Positions 1-10,566 are shown, counted from the first letter of the stretch. The stretch: 64,000 bases of DNA from Bacteroidota bacterium (GCA_018267965.1 JAFDXK010000001.1:1195520-1259519), one strand, 5' to 3'. A program made the numbers and translations. The notes: generated by a model not told the origin, from the letters alone.

Positions 1-100
1 ACGCCGACGGTTACAATTGCCCTGTACCACCTGTTGAAAACCGCCTACCGATTAGCATACGTGCGGGCGAGAAAATATTTGGAAAGGAGCATAAATAATA

Positions 101-124
101 AAGCACTCCAAAGAGTGCTTTATA
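101..124 (-). terminator. Putative rho-independent terminator hairpin downstream of the skp-like gene
   Basis: Inverted repeat aaagcactc-caaa-gagtgcttt about 30 nt after the minus-strand stop at 150. On the minus strand it is followed by a T-rich tract. Confidence 0.4.
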
Positions 125-149
125 TACTAATATATTTATTAGAAACTTC

Positions 150-671
150 TTATTTAAGTCCCAATTTAGTTTTAACAGCAGGCAGCATATTGTCAGCATC
201 TTTTATTACCAACAATGAACCTAAGCTAACGTCAAACACATAATCAATAGCTTTTTCTTTAGCTACATCTTTGATAGCCTTGTCTGCTTTCTCCAGAATA
301 GGTTGATACAATTCCTGTTTTTTCTTCTCTACTTTTTCCTGTGCACTTTGATTGGTGCTTTCCATACGGCCTTGCAAATCGCGAATCTCTTTCTCTTTTA
401 CTTCTTTAACAGCATCGGTCATTGTTTTTTCACCTGCCTGGTATTCCTTTATTTTCTTTTCATATTCAGCCTGCATGGTTTGCAACTGATCTTGATATTG
501 TTTTGCGAATGCCTGCAAATCAGCATCAGCTTTGGTTACCTCAGGCATAGCTTTCAACAACTCACGAGAATCAATCCATGCGAATTTAGTCTGTGCAAAT
601 ACAGCGTTATTGATAAATAACCCAAGAGCAAGTAATACAACTAGTTTTTTCATTTTTAAGATATATGTCAT
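150..671 (-). CDS. OmpH/Skp family outer-membrane protein chaperone
   Basis: 173 aa with a signal peptide ending in AQ. The protein is Lys/Glu-rich and coiled-coil, typical of the Skp/OmpH family. It lies downstream of bamA, as in the conserved bamA-skp arrangement. Confidence 0.75.
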   Translation of the reverse strand: MTYILKMKKLVVLLALGLFINNAVFAQTKFAWIDSRELLKAMPEVTKADADLQAFAKQYQDQLQTMQAEYEKKIKEYQAGEKTMTDAVKEVKEKEIRDLQGRMESTNQSAQEKVEKKKQELYQPILEKADKAIKDVAKEKAIDYVFDVSLGSLLVIKDADNMLPAVKTKLGLK

Positions 672-702
672 TATTTTAATTAGGATTGCAAAGTAAATGC
701 CA

Positions 703-1212
703 TTATTTGTTTATTCCAAGTAATTTTAACACATCCTCACTCTTATCGAGTTTAGGATCTGCATAAAACATCGTTACCCCACCTGCTTTATCCAATACCA
801 GGTCATATTTGCCCTGTGTCATCTTCTGAACGGCATTGTACACTTTGTCTTGTATAGGTTTAACTAATTTCTGGCGTTCTTTAAATAAATCACCTTCGTA
901 CCCGAAGTGTTGCTTTTGCAGGTCTTTGGCTGCCTTTTCTTTTTGAACTATCTCATCTTCGCGCTTTTTACGCATATCATCGGACAACATAGCTCTTTCA
1001 GCCTCATAAGACTTATACATCTTATCTACTTCCTGCATTTTTGTATCTATCTCCGTTTGCCACGTTTTTGACATTTGGTCGATACGGGTTTGTGCATCCT
1101 TGTAGTCTACCATTTTGTCAAGGATGTACTTTGAATCTATAACACAAATGCGCTGAGCGTGTGTAGTAACAGTAGCTGCTAAGAGTAAAAAGCTTAAAAC
1201 AATAGTTTTCAT
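703..1212 (-). CDS. OmpH/Skp family outer-membrane protein chaperone (second copy)
   Basis: 169 aa with a signal peptide ending in AQ and charged coiled-coil composition. It forms a tandem skp pair downstream of bamA, as is typical of Bacteroidota. Confidence 0.7.
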   Translation of the reverse strand: MKTIVLSFLLLAATVTTHAQRICVIDSKYILDKMVDYKDAQTRIDQMSKTWQTEIDTKMQEVDKMYKSYEAERAMLSDDMRKKREDEIVQKEKAAKDLQKQHFGYEGDLFKERQKLVKPIQDKVYNAVQKMTQGKYDLVLDKAGGVTMFYADPKLDKSEDVLKLLGINK

Positions 1213-1255
1213 AAAAACGATGCGTTTATTATTTATACAATATTACGATTTATGA

Positions 1256-3943
1256 TTATTCCGGTTCAAAACCTAACATGAAGGTAAAGTTGGCAAGGTT
1301 TGAGAAACGGTTATCTGCACCCGGTGTCGGGTTGTATCGGTCAAAGCCATAACCATAGTCGAGCCCGAGCAAACCAAACATAGGTAAGAATAACCTGACA
1401 CCAATACCTGCTGAACGGTTAAGTTTGGCGGGGTTGTAATCATTAAAACTATTCCATGCATTACCTGCTTCTAAGAACATCAAACCATAAATAGTAGATG
1501 ATGCGCTAAGAGAGAACGGATAACGTATCTCTGCTGTGTATTTATTAAATAACACTGCATTGGTTTGATAAGGGTCTTTATAACCACGTTGAGCTATGAT
1601 GTCTTTACCGATAAAGAAGTTCCTGCCTGACAAACCATCACCACCAATCTGGAAACGCTCAAACGGAGAATATCCGATATCAGGATTGTAATAACCTAAG
1701 AAGCCGTATTTAGTTGCCAGTTTCAATACAAAGTTTCCGTACACTTTTTGATACCATTCAGCGGTAAAACGGTATTTGTGATATTCTACCCATTTGAACT
1801 TCTCTGATGGTGGAGTTGAGCTGTTATATGTATTACCACTTAAGTAACTAAAAGGTGGTGTAAACTGCAAAGAGAAACTAACGTTAGAACCACTTGTTGG
1901 ATACAGCGGCTTATCTATAGTATAACGCGCTAAAGTAAGTTTTACATATAAGTTATTACTGTAACCATTATTGAAAGGGTTATTGTTAGCATCTGTAACT
2001 AACGCATAGTTTTTCAACTTATAGTTCTGGTAATTGATACCATATGAAAAGACAAAGTTATCGTCAGGCCATTTGATACGTTTACTCATAGCCACACCAC
2101 CACCAAAGGCACGTATATATTGTGAATCGGCAGGATATGGCGCACCTAAACCTGAATAACGGCTGTAAAGTGTATTAACCGTTAACGCGTTAGGTTTTTT
2201 ACCGCCTAACCAAGGTTCTGTGAATGCAAAGTTTACTGAGTTATAGTACTTACCATTTGACTGATAGCTTAAAGACAAGCGCTGTCCATCGCCTACAGGA
2301 AGCGGGTCCCAAAACTTAGGCTTAAATATATTTCTCAGAGAGAAGTTGCTGAATACTATGCCTATGTTACCGTAAAACTTAATACCACCACCAAAACCAG
2401 CAGATAACTGCAACTGGTCGCTAGATTTTTCTACAAGATTATACTCAATATCAACAGTTCCGTCTTCTGCATTTGGCTTAGGTTGTATACCTATTTTTTC
2501 CTGGTCGAAGAAACCGAGGTTAGCAATTTGGCGTTGAGTACGTATCAGGTCTGCACGGCTGAATTTATTGCCCGGCCATGTATACAATTCTCGTCTTACA
2601 ACGTGTTCGTTTGTGCGGTCATTACCATAGATGTATATGTTACGAATAGTAGCTTGTGGCCCTTCCGTTACACGCATTTCATAATTAATAGTATCACCGA
2701 TTATTGAAGTTTCTATTGGTTCTATATTAAAGAACAAATAACCGTCATCCATGTAAAGACTACTCACATCTTCACCTCCATCAGGACTCAGTTGCTTACC
2801 CAGTCTTGTCTCAAGTAATTGCTGATTATAAACATCGCCTTTCTTAATGCCTAAGATGGTGCTTAGTGTTTCGCTTGGATATTTGGTATTACCTTTCCAC
2901 TCAATATCTCCAAAGTAATATTTATGTCCTTCTTTGATCTTTATTTCAACATTCACATTACCATTGGCTACTGAATATACTGTATCATCTTCTATAGAAG
3001 CGTCGCGATAACCTAGTGAGTTGTAATACTCGATCATTGACACCTTATCATCTTCGTATTTCTTTTGATTGAATTTAGAAGAACTCAGAAAATTGTATCG
3101 GAAGTAAGGGTTTAAATAATCTAATGTTTTAGACACAGAAAGGAAATTCATGTTCTTTAAATATTCATTGAAAGAACGCTTCTTCGTACCGTACACTGTA
3201 AAATTATCGGCAGGATAGAATGACACACGTGCCATTTCCTTTGTCGATTTTAACATGTGTTTCAACTTGGCATCTGTAGCATTTTCATTACCTACGATGT
3301 TTACCTGGTTGATGTGTGTTTTGTTACCCCTGTCAATATCAAATGTCAATACCACAGAGTTAACTGATGTAGTATCGATACGCCTCATTATTTTCACTTT
3401 CACGTCTCCATATCCTTTCTCAGAATAGAATTTACGAATACGTACAGTTGCTTCTTTTTCTACAGCTTCTGTTACTACCCTGCCCTTTACAAGACCTGTT
3501 TTTTCTTTGAGTTCGGTAGCCTCTCCTTTTTTTATGCCTTTAAAATTATACTTAGCTAATCGTGGTCTTTCTTCTACCTTGATGTTCAGGAATATTTTAT
3601 TACCAATGGTTTTGGTAATAGTAATATTTACATCCGAAAACAATTCCTGTTTCCACAGGTTACGTATTGCCCTCGCTATATTATCGTCATTAGGAAGTTT
3701 AATTTTAGTACCTACCGTTAAGCCCGTTACAGCAATCAATAAGTCTTCGTCCAGGTATTTAGTACCACTTACCGTTACACCACCTACTTCATATTGTTTA
3801 GGGCCTTTAGAAGTATTGCCCTGCCTTCCTAATCCTCGTGATGAAGAATCGGACTGCATTGACAATTGTGCATGAACCGATGAAGGCAGCACACAACAGA
3901 TGCATAAAAGTGTAAGGGTACTAAGCAATATTTTTTTATGCAT
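1256..3943 (-). CDS. bamA: Outer membrane protein assembly factor BamA (Omp85 family)
   Basis: About 895 aa. The N-terminal signal peptide is MHKKILLSTLTLLCIC. There are repeated POTRA-like segments, a C-terminal beta-barrel and a terminal aromatic residue. The likely start is the ATG at 3943, internal to the listed ORF, and it abuts the uppS stop. Confidence 0.85.
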   Translation of the reverse strand: MHKKILLSTLTLLCICCVLPSSVHAQLSMQSDSSSRGLGRQGNTSKGPKQYEVGGVTVSGTKYLDEDLLIAVTGLTVGTKIKLPNDDNIARAIRNLWKQELFSDVNITITKTIGNKIFLNIKVEERPRLAKYNFKGIKKGEATELKEKTGLVKGRVVTEAVEKEATVRIRKFYSEKGYGDVKVKIMRRIDTTSVNSVVLTFDIDRGNKTHINQVNIVGNENATDAKLKHMLKSTKEMARVSFYPADNFTVYGTKKRSFNEYLKNMNFLSVSKTLDYLNPYFRYNFLSSSKFNQKKYEDDKVSMIEYYNSLGYRDASIEDDTVYSVANGNVNVEIKIKEGHKYYFGDIEWKGNTKYPSETLSTILGIKKGDVYNQQLLETRLGKQLSPDGGEDVSSLYMDDGYLFFNIEPIETSIIGDTINYEMRVTEGPQATIRNIYIYGNDRTNEHVVRRELYTWPGNKFSRADLIRTQRQIANLGFFDQEKIGIQPKPNAEDGTVDIEYNLVEKSSDQLQLSAGFGGGIKFYGNIGIVFSNFSLRNIFKPKFWDPLPVGDGQRLSLSYQSNGKYYNSVNFAFTEPWLGGKKPNALTVNTLYSRYSGLGAPYPADSQYIRAFGGGVAMSKRIKWPDDNFVFSYGINYQNYKLKNYALVTDANNNPFNNGYSNNLYVKLTLARYTIDKPLYPTSGSNVSFSLQFTPPFSYLSGNTYNSSTPPSEKFKWVEYHKYRFTAEWYQKVYGNFVLKLATKYGFLGYYNPDIGYSPFERFQIGGDGLSGRNFFIGKDIIAQRGYKDPYQTNAVLFNKYTAEIRYPFSLSASSTIYGLMFLEAGNAWNSFNDYNPAKLNRSAGIGVRLFLPMFGLLGLDYGYGFDRYNPTPGADNRFSNLANFTFMLGFEPE

Positions 3944-4697
3944 GATGCTGCGTATTCGTTTGGATTTGCTCACTGGTTTTGCCGAAGCGACGCTCGCGCT
4001 GTTGATAATTGAGCAGCGCTTCATATAGGTTTTGCTTTCTGAATGCAGGCCAGTGTACTGTTGTGAAATAAAGTTCGGCATATGCCAGTTGATATAGTAA
4101 GAAGTTGCTTATCCGGTATTCTCCACTGGTTCTTATCATCAATTCCGGGTCTGGGAAAGCAGCAGTATTTAAATATTTATGAAAAGTTGCGTCGTCTACA
4201 TCTTCGGGTTTCAACTTACCTTCAGCAGCATCGGCAACCATTTTTTTAGCAGCATCAATCATCTCCCACCTTGAGCTATAACTCAATGCCAATATCAGGT
4301 TCAAACCTGTATTAGCAGCGGTCATATCCATAGCTTCATTCAATTCATTTTGGCATACCTCAGGCAAACTAGCAAAGTCGCCGATAACGTGTAAACGAAC
4401 ATTATTCTTCTTCAGTTCATCCACCTCTTTGCGAATAGTATTCACCAGCAATTCCATCAAAGCATCTACTTCTGCTTTGGGACGATTCCAGTTTTCAGTA
4501 GAGAATGCATATAATGTGAGATACGAGATACCTATCTCTGCACAACCATTTACAATGTCCCTGACACTTTTCACACCCTCATAATGACCATACACCCTAT
4601 CCTGCCCGTGTTCTTTGGCCCAACGCCCGTTGCCATCCATAATAATGGCAATATGCTTAGGCAGCTTATTACGGTCAAGAGATTGCAAAATATCCAT
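3936..4697 (-). CDS. uppS: Isoprenyl transferase / undecaprenyl diphosphate synthase
   Basis: 253 aa with the IMDGNGRWA motif and an RTSGE...R C-terminal signature of cis-prenyltransferases. It sits immediately upstream of bamA. Confidence 0.9.
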   Translation of the reverse strand: MDILQSLDRNKLPKHIAIIMDGNGRWAKEHGQDRVYGHYEGVKSVRDIVNGCAEIGISYLTLYAFSTENWNRPKAEVDALMELLVNTIRKEVDELKKNNVRLHVIGDFASLPEVCQNELNEAMDMTAANTGLNLILALSYSSRWEMIDAAKKMVADAAEGKLKPEDVDDATFHKYLNTAAFPDPELMIRTSGEYRISNFLLYQLAYAELYFTTVHWPAFRKQNLYEALLNYQQRERRFGKTSEQIQTNTQHHA

Positions 4698-4861
4698 ACT
4701 GGTTTATCCGCTTATTGAAAAGGTGTGCAAAGGTACAAAAATAGATGCTTGGCTTATCTATCAAAATTTGCACAATTCAGTTTAACTCGACTTTAACTGC
4801 AAATAGCTTGAAATTAACAGAACTCTAAATGTATTACTGAGAAATAGATAAGAATTAAGTT

Positions 4862-4869
4862 AATTTGGG
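4862..4869 (+). promoter_or_regulatory. Candidate Bacteroidota -7 promoter box (TAnnTTTG) upstream of upp
   Basis: The sequence taatttgg matches the Bacteroidetes sigma-A -7 consensus TAnnTTTG and lies about 15 nt before the upp ATG. Confidence 0.3.
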
Positions 4870-4883
4870 GTATTTTTATAGGT

Positions 4884-5534
4884 ATGATAACCAATTTGAG
4901 CAAAATCAACTCACTGTTGAGTGAATGGATAAGAGAAATAAGGGATGTGGATATTCAAAATGACCGTATGCGTTTCAGGCGTAATATGGAGCGCATTGGA
5001 GAAATAGCCGCTTATGAAATAAGTAAAGAATTGCCATATAAGCTGATTTCAGTGCAAACCCCTATGGGTCAATCTGAATGCTATGAACTGGAGTTTCAAC
5101 CTGTTTTAGCAACGATTCTCAGGGCAGGCGTACCCTTGCACCAGGGGTTGCTTAACTACTTTGACAAGGCTGATAATGCTTTTGTAGCCGGATACCGCAA
5201 ACACCACAGGGACGGCAGTTTTGAGATAGAACAGCATTATTTTACCTGCCCCGATGTAAGTGGCAGCCCCCTCATCATTGCAGACCCTATGCTGGCTACA
5301 GGCTCGTCACTGATATTAGCTTTAGAAACCATAATAGATATGGGCGCTCCTTCACAAATACACATAGTTTGTGCTATTGCCTGCGAAGAAGGTATTGAGC
5401 TTTTACAACGCAAATTCCCTACAGCTCATATATGGGCCGGTGCTATAGATGACGAATTAACTGCAAGGGGATATATAGTTCCGGGGTTGGGAGATGCGGG
5501 TGACCTGGCTTTCGGTTCAAAAAAACAGGCCTAA
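4884..5534 (+). CDS. upp: Uracil phosphoribosyltransferase
   Basis: 216 aa. Overall similarity to Upp, including a PRPP-binding region (IIADPMLATGSS) and a C-terminal YIVPGLGDAGD motif. Confidence 0.9.
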   Translation: MITNLSKINSLLSEWIREIRDVDIQNDRMRFRRNMERIGEIAAYEISKELPYKLISVQTPMGQSECYELEFQPVLATILRAGVPLHQGLLNYFDKADNAFVAGYRKHHRDGSFEIEQHYFTCPDVSGSPLIIADPMLATGSSLILALETIIDMGAPSQIHIVCAIACEEGIELLQRKFPTAHIWAGAIDDELTARGYIVPGLGDAGDLAFGSKKQA

Positions 5535-5635
5535 CCCAACGAAAATAATATTTCATACTGTCTTGGATAATAGGAGAATTTATCCTATTTTGCTGTCAGA
5601 AACTCAATTAAAAATTCATAATAAACGTTACCCAG

Positions 5636-6673
5636 ATGAAGAAAATATTACTAGGAGTGGGTGCATCAATGTTATTGGTGACTTCAGCTATGGCACAAGA
5701 TCCGCACTTTACTCAATATTTTGCATCACCTCTTACGCTCAACCCTGCACTTTCGGGATTGACTACCTGCGACTTCCGCCTGGCAGCCAATTACCGTACT
5801 CAATGGGGAAGCGTATCTCCTAATCCTTATGTTACCGGTACCATATCTTACGATATGGCTACAATGAAAGGTAAGCTCAATAATGGCGATGCAGTGGGTA
5901 TAGGTATATTGGGTTTGTATGACAAGTCTGGTGTAGGTGCCCTTCAAAACACGAGTGTTGGTCTTTCTTTAGCTTATCACAAAGCTTTAGGCTACGAGAA
6001 ACAGCACACATTATCTATAGGGTTGCAAGGTATTTTAGTGCAAAAATCTATTGACTTCCAAAAATTGAAGTTCGAAGACCAATTTAATTTCGCTACTGGT
6101 GGTACAGAATACCAGACAAGTGAACAATTGGGTAATGCGGACTTAACATATCCTGATTTCAACCTGGGTGCTATGTATTCAGGTCGTATGGGAGAATTCG
6201 CTACCATGTATGCAGGTGTTTCTTATTACCACCTCACTCAACCAGTTGAAACATTCCTGAACGGAAACCACAAAATACATTCTCGTTATAGTGCTTATTT
6301 AGGTGGTTCTTTCGATATGAATGAAAACATCGTATTGTATGCAAGCGCATTATATCAATCACAGGCTTCTGCATCTGAAGTGCTTGTTGGTGCAGCAGTA
6401 GGTTTCATATTGAATCCTGGTCATGATGCCGAATACGCTAAAAATACAATCCTGTACTTAGGTAGCTGGTATCGTTACGGCGATGCTCTTGCTCCATATA
6501 TTGGTATGGAATGGTCTAAAATGAAATTAGGTTTCACATACGACCTTAACGTTTCTGGTTTCTCTGCTGCAACTAAGAGCAACGGTGGCTATGAAATTTC
6601 ATTGATTTTCAACGGTTGTATCAATAAACGCGAAGCTCGTCCTACATACAACTTCGCTTGTCCTAAATTCTAA
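5636..6673 (+). CDS. Type IX secretion system membrane protein PorP/SprF family
   Basis: 345 aa. Signal peptide followed by QDPHFTQYFASPLTLNPALSG, the hallmark N-terminal motif of PorP/SprF. Beta-barrel-like composition. Confidence 0.75.
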   Translation: MKKILLGVGASMLLVTSAMAQDPHFTQYFASPLTLNPALSGLTTCDFRLAANYRTQWGSVSPNPYVTGTISYDMATMKGKLNNGDAVGIGILGLYDKSGVGALQNTSVGLSLAYHKALGYEKQHTLSIGLQGILVQKSIDFQKLKFEDQFNFATGGTEYQTSEQLGNADLTYPDFNLGAMYSGRMGEFATMYAGVSYYHLTQPVETFLNGNHKIHSRYSAYLGGSFDMNENIVLYASALYQSQASASEVLVGAAVGFILNPGHDAEYAKNTILYLGSWYRYGDALAPYIGMEWSKMKLGFTYDLNVSGFSAATKSNGGYEISLIFNGCINKREARPTYNFACPKF

Positions 6674-6692
6674 TAACAATCTTTATAATGAA

Positions 6693-6720
6693 GAACCCCG
6701 GTTATGCCGGGGTTTTTTAT
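6693..6720. terminator. Bidirectional rho-independent terminator between convergent genes
   Basis: gaaccccgg-ttatg-ccggggtttttt: a GC-rich hairpin with a T-run, placed between the PorP/SprF stop (6673, +) and the mpg stop (6717, -). Confidence 0.8.
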
Positions 6721-7316
6721 TTTGGTTTACTTACAAACATGTTGCCCCTAACATAAAACCTGTATGGCCATAGCGCGTGGTCCTGTGCATAATCAACCCC
6801 TACTCTTGTTGCTTCTGCAATATCCTTCTTTGCTATTTTAATACCCCTGTCTTCAATCCTAATCTCGTCACCGGATAATGACATACCTGATTGTTTTGTA
6901 TGGATTCCTAAAGCCATACTCAAAGCACCCGGACCTGATGTAAGAACCGGTGTTAGCTTTTCCTTCTTTCGTCTTTGAAGCATGGTTTCAATACCTTCTA
7001 ATGGTTCGATAGCTCTTATCAAAATAGCGTGTGGTATATCCTGAATATTAGTAACTACATTAAAAAGATGATGGATACCATAGCAGAGGTAAACATAGGA
7101 TACCCCACCTTTGCTATACATTATCTCGGTACGTTGGGTTCGCCTGTTGCCATACGCGTGAGATGCTTTGTCTATAACACCTGCGTATGCCTCTGTTTCT
7201 ACAATAATGCCGGAGGTCAATACACCATCAAAATTGGTAACGAGAACTTTACCCAATAACTCTTTGGCTATCTTCACTACATCCTTGCGTGTATAAAATG
7301 ATTCAGGCAATATCAT
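6717..7316 (-). CDS. mpg: DNA-3-methyladenine glycosylase (Mpg/AAG family)
   Basis: 199 aa with similarity to methylpurine-DNA glycosylase (LLGKVLV...GVIVETEAY...HAY motif region). Confidence 0.8.
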   Translation of the reverse strand: MILPESFYTRKDVVKIAKELLGKVLVTNFDGVLTSGIIVETEAYAGVIDKASHAYGNRRTQRTEIMYSKGGVSYVYLCYGIHHLFNVVTNIQDIPHAILIRAIEPLEGIETMLQRRKKEKLTPVLTSGPGALSMALGIHTKQSGMSLSGDEIRIEDRGIKIAKKDIAEATRVGVDYAQDHALWPYRFYVRGNMFVSKPK

Positions 7317-7357
7317 TATTCAAAAATACAGGATGAGATACAATAGTGTATTTTTAA

Positions 7358-8065
7358 GTGTTGATTATGAAAGGGAAATTATACCTGATACCGATTCCAA
7401 TTGCTGAGAATGCTGTACACACGTTATCGGCAGAGATAATAACGCATACGCTCACTATTAAACATTATGTGGCAGAAAATGCGCGTACCGCCAGACGTTT
7501 TCTTAAGTCCATACATCCGTCATTAGTAATAGATGAGATACAATTCATAGAAATTGATAAACATGAAGGTGCTGATACTAAGACCTTTAAACAATGGCTG
7601 AAGGATGGTTTGACTGTTGGTGTAATGAGTGAAGCAGGATGTCCGGGAGTAGCAGACCCTGGTGCAGATATTGTGAGCATAGCGCAGGAGATGAACGCAG
7701 AGGTTATTCCACTAACAGGGCCTAACTCAATGACATTAGCGTTAATGGCTTCGGGACTAAATGGTCAGAGTTTTTGTTTTAATGGTTACCTGCCTATAAA
7801 AGAACCATTAAGAAGCCAAAAGATAAAAGCATTAGAGGCTCTATCTAAAAAAGAAAATCAAACACAGCTATTTATTGAAACACCTTACCGCAATAACCAA
7901 CTGTTAGATGAATTGATAAAAAACTGCAGTGGGGATACAAGACTATGCATTGCACTGAACATAAGCGCAACTGATGCGTTTATCAAAACAAAGAAAATAA
8001 ACGAATGGAAACAATCTAAACCTACATTAGAAAAAGCTCCTGCGGTATTTCTTTTATTGGCTTAG
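7358..8065 (+). CDS. SAM-dependent methyltransferase, tetrapyrrole-methylase/RsmI-like fold
   Basis: 235 aa. The LYLIPIPI...ENA N-terminus and the GCPGVADPG motif are typical of the RsmI/TP-methylase family. Confidence 0.65.
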   Translation: MLIMKGKLYLIPIPIAENAVHTLSAEIITHTLTIKHYVAENARTARRFLKSIHPSLVIDEIQFIEIDKHEGADTKTFKQWLKDGLTVGVMSEAGCPGVADPGADIVSIAQEMNAEVIPLTGPNSMTLALMASGLNGQSFCFNGYLPIKEPLRSQKIKALEALSKKENQTQLFIETPYRNNQLLDELIKNCSGDTRLCIALNISATDAFIKTKKINEWKQSKPTLEKAPAVFLLLA

Positions 8066-8463
8066 TAATTTATTGCCTTTACTTCGTCAATACGGTCTAC
8101 AATATATTGTCCTTTCTCCTGGTTGACCTTGTTGTAATTCTCACCACGCCATGGTAACACACCATGATACTGTATGTAGTGTAGTGTTACTAATTTACCA
8201 CCGCAACGTTCTAATGAATCGGCTATCTTCTCATCATTTACGCTGAAATAAAAATACTGCGCACTATATGCAGGACCTTGTTTGCCAAAGCCCAATAGAA
8301 TTATTTCGCCCTCGTATGTTTTGAACAGGTTGCCTTTGCGTGAGAACTTCTGCAAAATACCATCTCTTCTGCCATCGCTATAAGGATAATAATAAGTGAA
8401 GTATACATATCCTATCACGAACACAACCAGTACTGCAATACTAATAAATACAGCTTTTCGCAT
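8062..8463 (-). CDS. Hypothetical membrane-anchored protein
   Basis: 133 aa ORF with one N-terminal transmembrane helix and no recognisable family. It overlaps the upstream gene by 4 nt in convergent orientation. Confidence 0.4.
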   Translation of the reverse strand: MRKAVFISIAVLVVFVIGYVYFTYYYPYSDGRRDGILQKFSRKGNLFKTYEGEIILLGFGKQGPAYSAQYFYFSVNDEKIADSLERCGGKLVTLHYIQYHGVLPWRGENYNKVNQEKGQYIVDRIDEVKAINY

Positions 8464-8525
8464 AAAACAATTGTTTGCTTAAGATATGCATATCATACAA
8501 GATACCCCATATCTCGGTATGAAAT

Positions 8526-9662
8526 TTACTTTACCTTTCTGCCTTTCCATTTATACACACCAATAAACCCTAAAAAGCCTGCCAATACAATGTATATGAT
8601 ATGCAAAGGTTGCAAAAAAGGAAATATAATCAGCTGTTTTTCTTTTTTAAAGAACCTCGCAACAGGGTACAGATAGTCTAATTCGGTTATGGTCTTTACC
8701 ACCAAAGCTACTAATACCAACAACCAGTGTCCGGGTACAAATAACGCGTAAATAGTAAGTAATAGAATGGATAGATTGAACAGGTAAACCAGTAATAAGA
8801 TAGCTGTTAATCGTTTATCATTATACTTGCCCGATTTAGATGCCCAGCGTATTCGTTGCTGTAAAAAGTTGCTCCAGTCGGGTTGAGGAGCTGTTCTTAC
8901 AATAACTTCCTGTGATTTGAGATATGCAATACCATCGGGGTAAGCTTGTTTAATCTTCATCATCAGTAAATAATCGTCCCCAGATGCCAGATTATCTATG
9001 CCCTTATAGCCACCTACCCTATCATATACTTCTCGTGTGAAAGCAAGATTGGCACCATTGCTCATATTACCTAAGCCCAGCTTATGCGATGCAGCAGTGA
9101 TTCCCTGCATACTCATAAAATCTAAGGACTGAAACATCTGTACAACACTGCCATTGCTTGTAAAATCAACAGGTGCAACAATCATTGCAGGTTTTATTTC
9201 TTCGTATAATGCAGCTATATTTTTAAGCCAGTTTTGAGGCGCTACGCAATCTGCATCAGTAGTAATAATTAACTCACCGTTAGATATCGCAATAGCTTTT
9301 GAGAGTGCTAATTTTTTGTATGCAACTGTTTTTTCATCTGGAGAAATAACATCTGCCAGCTTAACAGATTTGATATAGGGATTATTAAACGCTTGCACTA
9401 CTCCTGCGGTATTATCAGTTGAATGATCATCAACAACTATCACTTCAAACAGATGCTTAGGATAGTCCTGAGCTATTATTGATTGCAGACATTTACCAAT
9501 ATTCTGTTCTTCATTACAGGCAGGAATAACAATACTGATTTTCGTTTTTGGTGTAAACCCTTGCTCTATCTCAAATACAGGTTGCGCAGACCATCCCCTG
9601 CGATATACCAACATGAGTATAGCATAGGCAATAACGAACGATATGGATATATAAGGTATCAC
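8526..9662 (-). CDS. Glycosyltransferase family 2 membrane protein
   Basis: 378 aa. An N-terminal TM helix is followed by ISIVIPACNEEQNI and DD/DAD motifs of GT2, with C-terminal TM helices. Confidence 0.75.
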   Translation of the reverse strand: MIPYISISFVIAYAILMLVYRRGWSAQPVFEIEQGFTPKTKISIVIPACNEEQNIGKCLQSIIAQDYPKHLFEVIVVDDHSTDNTAGVVQAFNNPYIKSVKLADVISPDEKTVAYKKLALSKAIAISNGELIITTDADCVAPQNWLKNIAALYEEIKPAMIVAPVDFTSNGSVVQMFQSLDFMSMQGITAASHKLGLGNMSNGANLAFTREVYDRVGGYKGIDNLASGDDYLLMMKIKQAYPDGIAYLKSQEVIVRTAPQPDWSNFLQQRIRWASKSGKYNDKRLTAILLLVYLFNLSILLLTIYALFVPGHWLLVLVALVVKTITELDYLYPVARFFKKEKQLIIFPFLQPLHIIYIVLAGFLGFIGVYKWKGRKVK

Positions 9663-10477
9663 AAGCAGGCTACTATTTGAGGTATGGTATCTTCATCAAA
9701 CAATAAATGTCCTTTCTCAACTACGTGCAGTGATATGTTCTTCATTTTATCTTCGAACGCATGACCATGTGATACCGGTATCACATTATCATAAGCGCCC
9801 ATAAAGACATGCACCTTTGTCTTATTGCTTTTGCATATCGCTTTTAACTTATTATAGTCGGGCAACAGTAGAGACATGCAAGGCCATACTTTTAAGAGGA
9901 ATGCCCGGTCTTCTTTTTCCTGTATGTAACGCATCGCAAGTTTGTAATGCGATTGCTGCACAATCTTCCATTTTCTTGCCATTTTTATCAACGGCAAATA
10001 TCTTTCAGGCTTAGACAAGAAACTACTGAATAAATATTTCCCTGCTTTCATGCGGGTAAGGAAATAGTAAAAAGGATTGGAGGTTAAGCCATCTGAAGCC
10101 AATAAAATAACATTGTCCACTTTACCCGGAGATTGTTCTAATATCTTCAGGCATACCCTGCCACCCATACTATACCCTAACAGGCTTATTTGGCTGACAT
10201 TATATTCTCTACAAAGTTGTTCTACTAATTCATCCAACATGGCAGGTTCCAGATAAACACCATCAGTCCAAAGGCTCTTACCATGATGAGGTAAGTCAAG
10301 GCTTAAGATTGTATACTTTTCTTCTACATGTGTCGCAATTGGCATCAGTATCTCAGCACTATTGCCATATCCGTGCAACATTACCAACAAACTGCTGCCA
10401 CGACCTGATTTCAGATAGTGCAATTGCTCTTTGCCGACTGATATAAATCCAGATGAATAAGCCATTAACTTCCTCAA
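9659..10477 (-). CDS. Alpha/beta hydrolase fold protein
   Basis: 272 aa with an HGYGNS oxyanion region and a GYSMGG nucleophile elbow. It overlaps the GT2 gene by 4 nt. Confidence 0.7.
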   Translation of the reverse strand: MRKLMAYSSGFISVGKEQLHYLKSGRGSSLLVMLHGYGNSAEILMPIATHVEEKYTILSLDLPHHGKSLWTDGVYLEPAMLDELVEQLCREYNVSQISLLGYSMGGRVCLKILEQSPGKVDNVILLASDGLTSNPFYYFLTRMKAGKYLFSSFLSKPERYLPLIKMARKWKIVQQSHYKLAMRYIQEKEDRAFLLKVWPCMSLLLPDYNKLKAICKSNKTKVHVFMGAYDNVIPVSHGHAFEDKMKNISLHVVEKGHLLFDEDTIPQIVACL

Positions 10478-10566
10478 AAATAATCATCCATGATTGTTAT
10501 CAGTCATAAAAATTTAACTATTAACTGGCTCCATTTTTGTGTAGTTTTATAGTAAAGAATGGCGAT

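Noticed and set aside
34-243. ORFs 11..199 (-) and 34..243 (+) at the window start
   Set aside because: They overlap the terminator and the 3' end of the skp-like gene, have no recognisable domains, and are probably non-coding.
1273-3875. Several 60-120 aa ORFs inside or antisense to bamA (1273..1461, 2483..2707, 3507..3875)
   Set aside because: They lie entirely within the well-supported BamA coding region and have no independent signals, so they are typical spurious ORFs.
5494-5947. ORFs 5494..5823 (+) and 5726..5947 (-) overlapping the upp end and the PorP/SprF start
   Set aside because: They are out of frame with, or antisense to, the strongly supported upp and PorP/SprF genes and have low-complexity translations.
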